From the NCBI GenBank assembly GCA_000182565.2, contig KQ257451.1: a DNA stretch of 64,000 bases, one strand, 5' to 3'. Below, one piece after another: positions 55,729 to 64,000 of this stretch. A model generated the notes under the pieces. The model worked only from the letters and a program-made list of their open reading frames with translations. It had not been told where the DNA came from and did not search any database. The stretch comes from Spizellomyces punctatus DAOM BR117. Lineage: Eukaryota. The position numbers were made by a program, and so were the translations under genes. Each line of letters opens with the position of its first letter. Position 1 is the stretch's first letter.

Positions 55729-57494
55729 TCAGGGCTTCGCAGTCTGAGAATCTTCATTAAATGTGGCCAATCCTTATATTTTGAGAACTCAAGTTTTAGC
55801 AACACAGCCATGTGAGGATGTCCGTTCGACGTGTGACTACCTGAAGGCTTTGTCCTCCGCTTTGACGCTGCATCCATTTCTGCTGACTCGTAAATAGAAT
55901 TTTCATCTCCCTCGCCGAGGCCTCCCGAATCATGCGTAGGTGGCGTTTCCTGTCGACCATTATCCCTTCTACGACCCGCCGCCGCTCTGTAAAGGTTAAG
56001 GGCACTGGCCCCGCTTGCCACCATCGCCGAACGTGATCTGGAAAGCCCAATTGTTCCTCTGCCAAGTCCTCGCCCAGATGATGCGGAAGGTGGGCGTAAG
56101 GAAACATTTGGGCCTGGTACCGATTTTCGGCGAAATTTGAAGCCCTCATACATGACGATAGGATCCGAGCGGTCAAAGCGGTGGAATGGTTGGGAAGGAT
56201 GGGTTTGCCGGAAGGATGGTGCTGCTGGTAACGGTGCGAGAAAGACACTTGAGGTGACCTTGGAAAGTGCTGGACTTTTCGACGCATCATTGTCACGATT
56301 TCGAGCGGATGAGGCACGGCTCGCTGACGCTGATGATGCGCGTTTCTTCCCTGCGCATGTTGAGATGTTGGCAATCTCCCGGGACAGGGATGCCGTTGGA
56401 GCCACTCGAGGTGCTGTGTGTGAGCCAATGTCGTACCAGATAGTGACGGCCTGAGGAAGCTGGACTTGTGTTGGCGCCAATGGCGGAGGTAACCCACTCA
56501 TGTCCAACACCCCAGACGTAGCTCGAGACAGCGGAACTGGTGGTGGAACCATGAAACTTCCACGTCGGCTTAGTGGGCCTCCCGTTGTCGACGACAACAT
56601 CCCTAGTCCTTGCACAAATGTAGCACGTCTTGCCGGGATATTTGCCATACCGGCGGCTGCCAACTGCAATTGCCTTGCCATTTCTGCTTGAGCTTGCGCA
56701 ATTTCTTGTAACCGCGCTTGAAGATCATTTGTAAAAACCACTCGTCCCAAAGGCAAGATATCCGTCTTGCTAGCAGTAGCACCTTTCGCCCCGTTGGGAG
56801 TCTCGATCAGATTTGGGTCATCAGCGGGGAGGGTAGCAAGCGGTGGTCGAGGCGGGGACACAGATCGACCCCGAGATGGGAAGTTCATAACTTCTGGGAA
56901 GCAATTTTCCAATCGTGTTAATGGATCTGCTCTCCGGCCGGGTCTAGTTTCGGAAGTTTTGGTGATGTGACTCGATTTGTCATTGACGGCCTGTCTTGCT
57001 GCTGAAATCGACCAAGTAGATGACTCCAATTCTCTGTCCCAGCCAGCATCATCTCTTTCTATCTTCAGCGACATGCGAGAGCCGTCCTCCCTTCCAAGAC
57101 CGGTATCTTCCGTTGTCTCATCAGCCGATCTTTCCGTCTCCTTTCCCAGATATACCATCACATCATCTGCGTCGACTGCCCCACCATGTATCTGCTCAGC
57201 TATCATATCCCTCATCAATCTCATGATTGTGCATCCCTTTTCAACCATTACGAATGCATCGTGGTACTCCCAATCCACCTGTCGGATTCGCAAAGTCACG
57301 GTATCATTTTCTAATCGCTCGTGCATATCTGATCGCATTTGTGCGGCAGCTCCTGCAAAGGCTTCCGGTTCCAGGTGCTTTGGGGTCCATTTTGGTTGGA
57401 TGTAAGTGCTGTAATCAAAGACTGGCGGAATGACAGGGGTATTTTTCTTGGGTTTCTTGCCAATACCTTTCCGGCCACCCTTCTTTGCAGCCAT
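55729..57494 (-). CDS. Hypothetical protein with a Lys/Gly-rich N-terminus, a small globular region and a long disordered tail
   Basis: Long open frame from ATG 57494. A probable terminal intron at 55840-55773 gives ...KPSGLATFNEDSQTAKP*. Confidence 0.65.
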
Positions 57495-57805
57495 ACCTGC
57501 GGGTGCCGCAGAAAATAAGAGCAAGGATTGATAGTTCTATATGCAGCTGCTGTAATACACTATTTTTGGCTTGGAGGTTATTGCAAGCCATGAATAAATT
57601 ATTGCGTTCGGAGAATTTGGAACGATTAGCCAGTGACCCTGAGACCCCTTTAATTCCGGGACGATGGGAGGGACATCAGTCCAAGACAAGGTGAGTCGCT
57701 CGTAAGCTCGAGTTATGCACTTATCGTTAGAGTATGTAGTACTAGAATAACTAGCTTCATGAATCATACTGACATACTACTTGTAGTCGTGTCGACGTAT
57801 TTACC

Positions 57806-58080
57806 GTTCAAGCATAGCAGGTCGTCGTGGTTGGCATTTGTTCAGCTATGGCGGGATTAAACCTGGTTAACGCCAGCGCTGCTGTGTTTCTGCTATGCTT
57901 GAACAATGAATTGTTCACGACTGGTACGAGTTGTGAGAAGCATTATCTACCACTCGTATCTATGTATCCACCGGCCAAGCATACAAGTAGCAGTAGTTTG
58001 ATTTTGTCCATTATGCTTGCAATCCTTTCAACTACAAGTATAGCGAAGCAAAAACCTGGTTATTAGCGCTATGCTTGTAG
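57806..58080. repeat. Cluster of related inverted repeats (CAAGCATAGC / GCTATGCTTG core)
   Basis: Perfect 15-bp IR at 57806-57820 / 57890-57904, 8-bp IR at 57976-57983 / 58012-58019, and 13/14 IR at 58032-58045 / 58067-58080. Confidence 0.7.
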
Positions 58081-58194
58081 GCGGGTCATGATGATTACTT
58101 CATAAATGCTTGTTGGCATGTCAACGAACTGACATCACGACGCGGAAACGTAACGCTTTGACCAACCTACTCTTACTAGTATCAAACATTAGCA

Positions 58195-58718
58195 ATGCAT
58201 CTTGCAGACCAACGTGTTATAGCGGCTTTGGAGTCAGCCGCCACGATCTCTGCTGGATTGTTCACAGGTGCTGCCTCGTACATTACTCTGGTGGAGCAGC
58301 CGGCCAGGTTCAAGAGTAGCGCGGAAACGGCAAGGCGTAATTTCCAGGTGAGGGGCGAGATGGCGTTTTCCATTCTCCAGTTCTTAAAATTCAACTGCAC
58401 CTTTAGCATACCTATCCGCTGGCAGCTCGAATGCAGGCCAGCCTTGCATTGGTTGCAGGTGGCTCAAGTCTTGTCCTTGCACTGCTTAAGAAGTCTACCA
58501 GATACTATGTTGCCGCTGCTGCTTTTCTTTCCATTCCAGTATTTACTATTGCATGCATTTTCCCCACCAACAACCGCTTGTTGTCGGGCAAGGATCAGGA
58601 CGCAAATGCGCACGGTGTATGGGGTGTGTTACGAAAATGGGGTCTGTTGCATGGTGCTCGCGTCGTAGCTGCTGCTGCAGGGTTTGGTGCTCTAGTAATA
58701 GGAAGAACAGCAGCATAA
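58195..58718 (+). CDS. DUF1772 (anthrone oxygenase-like) membrane protein, 2 exons
   Basis: AGLFTGAASYITLVEQPAR, YPLAARMQASL, PVFTIACIFPTNNRL and LRKWGLLHGAR. Confidence 0.85.
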
Positions 58719-58940
58719 GTCGGGCATGATGACTTGTGGAAAAACAATATCAATGGAGTATATAGCGGTGTGCTGCCGTAGGGATAGCCATAGTTTGGAC
58801 ATTAGTTTCTGCTGAGGGATTCAACAATACACAGTGGCAATGCAAACACGATGTCACGTGCCCGTAGAGTCACCAGCCAAGCTTCGCGCTCGTTCGGCGC
58901 TGGCGCCGTTCAACTTTCTTTGGCAGAGAACGGTGACAGT

Positions 58941-61900
58941 ATGTCGGGGGTAGGCATGATAAAGTCTTGCCTAGACCGGCTTTTAGCGGAGAGCGCACGC
59001 CATAAGGACTTGCGCGACGCGGTCGAGGCGGCTTTGGTACAGCTTGAAGAAGAGAAACAGGGTGGAGAAGACGTTGCTAAAACTATAAGGTAGAGCTGGC
59101 TTTTGATATTTAAAGTGCAGATATTTGCGTCCACCCATCCTGCGGCATGCTCATATGCAGCGTCTTTATGTTATGGCTTTGCTGCCTTGTCGTCTCAGTG
59201 CTGATAGGTACTGGAATCCGTTCAAGATCGCTTGTCATAACACTCAGCCGGCCCGGACCCGCGAAGTTGCCTTGGACTGCCTGCAGAAACTTATTGCCCA
59301 CAACCTTTTGCGCGGAGCTTTACCTCTCACTGTATCGAACACTCCAACTGCAGCCTCCTCCACAGCTCCAGGGACGCCAGGAGCACCTGCCAATGATCTT
59401 TCCCAGCTCGACACGTCTTCACCTGCAACGTCCCCCCAGCCCTTGGACGAAAAGGGTACAGAAGAACAGGACGAGGAGAATGGTACTCAGCAGGTAGCGA
59501 AAACTGCCGTGCCGGTTTTTGCGCCGAGAAGTACGTCCCTTTTGCCAAGTACTCCTGCAGAGGCACCCAATTATCCACCGATTCCCTTCCTCATTGATGA
59601 GATTATCCATACTGTGTGTACAACATTGGCAATGCACACAGACGAAGCAGTGCAACTTCAGGTGCTCAAAGTGCTGTTGACAGCAGTCACATCAACTGGC
59701 TGCGAAGTACACGAAGTGTCACTGCTGAAAGTGGTGCAGACGTGTTTCAATATCCACCTGCACTCGCGGACGCAAGTAAATCAGATGACCGCCAAAGCAT
59801 CGCTTACCCAGATGATCAACCTCATCTTCTCCCGCATGGAGCGCTACGCTGAGGTTCTTGCAAAAAGTTTGGAGACCGGATCCATGGGAGAGATTGAAAA
59901 GCTGACTGGGTTGAGCGCAATGGGCGCAGAGTCGTTGAACCAGTATCGGACCAATGTAAAAGCACGGGCTATCAATGGTACCAGTGACGCAGAGGAACCA
60001 ACGGATACTTCGAAAGATCCCGAACCCGATGGTGAAGTTGGGGAGAAATCGTCGAAGGTTGAATCCGAGATCTTGGGCGTTGAATCACAAGCTGAAAATG
60101 ATCTGGAGAGCAAACTCCCGCAGATAGAGGTGGGGTCATTGGCTGTCGAACTACAAACTGCTGGTGAACTGGCGGACAAACCTTTGGACAAGGATGCGGC
60201 CGATCCCCCGGATGGCTGTGAGCACGAAGAAAATGAAAATGTCCCGGATGCTTCCGCTGCAGATGTGGCATCAACAGCGGGGGATGCGGCGGCAGCGGTC
60301 GTGCAAGGTACCGAAACAGCTACGCCAGATCATGAGAATGCCACATCTATTAGGGGAGCTGCTGCAGATGAGGCTTCCGATCAGTCGTCACTACAATCTC
60401 ATATGACCATGGGTAGTAACCAGCAACAGCCTGAGCAGTCGATCGAGGTTGGATCCACTCTTACTCCTGCAAACCCAGTTACAGGTAACAACCCCTACGA
60501 TCCGACCATTGCTTACTACAACGAACTTCTTCGAAAGGACGTGTTCCTTGTTTTTCGTCTTCTTTGTCGCCTGTCCCTTACGTCAGATAGCTCTCAGAAC
60601 ACCATGGCGACATTCAGTGCAGCAAATGTTAAGGAAGCAGCTTCCATGCCAATGGATGAGCTTTCGCACCAGTCAACGAAAGCAAGGCAGCTGGCTCTGG
60701 AACTCATCATGTCCGTGATGAATAATTGTGGGCCAGTGTTCCAGTCAGATGATTTGTACACGGGCCTGGTTCGCCATAATCTATGTCTATCAATTTCCCG
60801 CAACGGAATCACCACGAATCCTACGTTGTTCGAATTAAGTCTGTCCATATTCTTAATGGTAACACGATTTTATCGCTCGAAGCTGAAAACTGAAATCGAG
60901 GTGCTCCTCAACACCATATATTTGCATATTTTGGAAATGGGAAATTCTACGTACAATCAGAAACGCATGGTTCTGCAAGGTTTACTCAAAATATGCGAAA
61001 ATCCTCAGGTTTGTTGAGTGGTCACTACGTGGGTAATGTGGACATGAATCAGGCAAGCTAAGACATGACCTTTCAATAGACATTGGCGGACATGTATCTC
61101 AATTATGACTGCGACATTGCTATGGTCTCAATTTTTGAGCGCATTGTCAATGTATGCAGTCGGGTTGCTCAAGGTCGCGACTCAAACGCACCGCCTGCTC
61201 CCACTGGATTGATGGGTTTGGCTGCCAGCGCAGCTGGTTTGGACACGAAGGAACAACTGCTCAAAGCTCAGGAACGGCGATTGAAGCTACGAGGACTTTG
61301 TTGTCTTGTAGCTTTGGTGACTTCGCTAACGGAATGGAGTAAAGATGTGGCGCCAAATCTCCCCCTCAGTACAACCAGAAGACGAAGAAGTGGAGATTTG
61401 CCCAGGGTGTCCATAGCATCCAACCGCGATGCGTCAGAGAACACTGCACGGATGTCTGTCTCAGATGACAGGCGTGATAACAAATCTTCACCTACTCAAA
61501 GAAAGAGTACCGACGGGACCAAGCCAGCCAGCGCCGGTTCAGACAACCCCACCAAAAGTTTTTTGGATGCCCTTGCCCCCACCAATCAGGTCAACCCAGT
61601 ACTGGTGTATAAGCATCCGTTACATTCGGTGTCGATGGATCATGTAAGTGCTTTCTTGCAGCTCGGTTGAATTATATAGCGAAAAACTGACGACTTGGCA
61701 GCAGGTGCCATACATGTTTCCGAACAATAGCACAACATCTTTGCAATCTGTTACCACTGTAACTCCAGATGAGGACTCATCGCAGATCGAAACTGTTGCT
61801 TCACGGAAGCAGCTACTGAGGAATGATATTCGTCAATTCAACATGAAGCCTAAGGCTGGCATCAAGGCGCTTATAGAAGATGGCTTTGTTGAGGAAGACG

Positions 61901-64000
61901 CGGAATCCGTTGCTCGCTTTCTTCGAACGACAGATGGCTTGACGAAGGCCGCGATTGGCGAATATCTTGGTGAAGGTCATCCCTTCAATATCGATGTGAT
62001 GCATGTTTTCATAGACAATATGGACTTCACAAATATCGACTTCGTTCCAGCCTTGAGATCATTCCTTCAAACATTTCGCTTGCCTGGAGAGGCTCAAAAA
62101 ATTGATCGAATAATGGAGAAGTTTGCCGATCGTTACTATGAAAACAACCCGGACGTTTTTGCAAAAGCCGACACCGCCTACACCTTGGCTTTCTCCGTTA
62201 TCATGCTGAATACAGATCAGCACTCCGCTGAAATAAAGCATCGGATGGATAAGAACGCATTCATCAAAAACAACCGTGGTATTAATGACGAAGGGGACTT
62301 ACCGGAGGAGTATCTTGCTGCAATTTTCGACGAGGTGTCCAATAATGAAATTGTACTAGAAGAGGAACAGGCAGGGAAACTGGCACAAATGGCCATTGGA
62401 TGGGGTGCCGGGGATCTCAACGATAGGCAGAGAATGGAACTCTATAGGAAAGAGATACAAATGGTGCAGAAGAAAAGCCAGCAGCTCATTCAAAATGCGA
62501 ACAGAACAGTCGCACCATTCCGAACCGCAGTGAATGCTGATCTGGCGCGGCCCATGTTTGGAATGGCTTCTTGGCCTTTAATGGCGGTTTTCAGTCTTGC
62601 CTTTGAGGCCGCCAACGACGAAGAGGATGTCGATGACGCAGCTGAAGGACCGCGCTCGCTGGAACCAAAGGCAGCAGACCTTTGCCTGGAGGGTTTTGCG
62701 GGATCTATACGGTTGGCTAGTATTTTCAGGATGGAGACCGAACGTGATGCCTTTGTGACCTCATTGTCGAAATTGACTGGGCTATCTCACATTCAAGACA
62801 TCCGACCAAAAAATATCAAAGCCATCAAGACGCTGATTATGATTGCGAATGTCCTTGGAGAGTATCTTGAGTCCAGCTGGATGCAAGTTCTAAAAGCAAT
62901 TTCCCAGCTGGAGCGTCTCCAGTTGATTGCAAATCGGGGTTCTTTCGATAATGCTACGCGACAGAGTGGAGACGCGGTACATGCTGGTGATGAAGCAACT
63001 GCTGCAGATTTACCGTACGGCGGTTCAGCAGCCCCTGTACGACAAAGTGCATACCGCACCATTGAAGACTTGACTAGCAATTCTAGGCCAAACCCCGCCG
63101 TAGAAAAGCTGATCGCAGAGTTCCATAATCAAGCTACCGTAGTGGCGGTTGATCGTATCTTCACAAACACATTAAAACTATCCGCCACAGCCATTATTCA
63201 CTTCTTCCGGTGCTTATGCCATGTCTCCATGGAAGAGGTGGGACTCGATCCAAGTGCGCCGGTGGGTGGAATGCCGCAGGTTCTACATTCCGGGGCGCCG
63301 CGCATGTATTTGCTGCAAAAAATTGTCGAGATTGCCTATTACAACATGCCTCGAATTCGTTTCGAGTGGACGCAAATCTGGCGGATCCTTCAGCCGTACT
63401 TTAACACCGTTGCATGTCATCCCAACACTACAGTGTCCACCTTTGCGGTTGACTCTCTTCGGCAACTAAGTATGAAGTTCCTTGAGCGAGAGGAACTGGG
63501 ACACTACTCAGCGCAAAACGAATTCTTAAAAAGTTTTGAATGGATCATGAAGCACAATGCCAACCCGGCAATCAGGGAACTGATCCTCAGCAGCATGGCA
63601 CATATGATTGCTGCTCGTGCACGCAGCATACGGAGTGGATGGAGAAGCATTTTCGTGGTCTTGGCCAAGGCAGCACAGTCGAGTTCAGGAGACGAGAAGA
63701 TGATTAAGACAGCGTTTGGAATTGTGCAGGTCGTGTTTCGGGAACATTTCGATGCTGTGAATCATGCTGGAGGATTTGTCGATTATGTGGCTTGTTTGGC
63801 AGAGTTCGCGTTGTTGGAGGGTAGCGGGCAAACCTACGACGAGGTGGTGATGGGCAGTATTCAGCTTCTGCAGTCTTGTGCAAACTATCTTGTGAAACAT
63901 GGCAGCGAGACGCTTGAGGGAAAGCCGAGGCGGAGCTCTCAGGGGGAACTAGATGGACAGAAGCCCGTTCCGCCAGCGGTACTCCTTAACGGGACAGCAC
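58941..64000 (+). CDS. SEC7: Large Arf guanine nucleotide exchange factor (Sec7/BIG family); 3' end outside window
   Basis: DCB ALDCLQKLIA, HUS YLNYDCD, Sec7 glutamate finger FRLPGEAQKIDRIMEKF, IMLNTDQH, and HDS LQKIVEIAYYNM and IRSGWRSIF. An alternative in-frame ATG lies at 58851. Confidence 0.97.

Overview
Gene-dense eukaryotic nuclear DNA with many short (about 50-160 nt) spliceosomal introns. The gene content is fungal and most consistent with an early-diverging, chytrid-like fungus; the lineage is my inference. I assembled about 28 protein genes by hand from the ORF fragments and splice sites. Recognised genes: SAM carrier, HOM2, ADO/PCO-type thiol dioxygenase, HEM2, RRN7, bL35m, GPATCH1, TUF1, NIF3, PEX11, WDR5, IMP3, ASE1/PRC1, PDA1, RPN6, GEM1/Miro, RPN1, ankyrin-asparaginase, CDC73 and SEC7. 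There are also DUF5092, DUF1772, PWWP, 7TM and orphan genes, and two near-identical tRNA-Glu isoacceptors. Most of the window is housekeeping, and I found no clearly new multi-gene system. The best leads are: (1) a heavily decayed piggyBac-like transposase at about 4.3-5.7 kb, which appears in the ORF track only as unrelated fragments; (2) a TCACGTG E-box enriched just upstream of many start codons; (3) an intact Tc1-type DNA-binding-domain-only ORF head-to-head with RRN7; (4) a cluster of related hairpins at 57.8-58.1 kb; (5) micro-exons of 7 and 14 nt and a GC-AG intron; (6) an orphan with repeated checkpoint-kinase-like sites. All protein family calls rest on recalled motifs, not on database searches.
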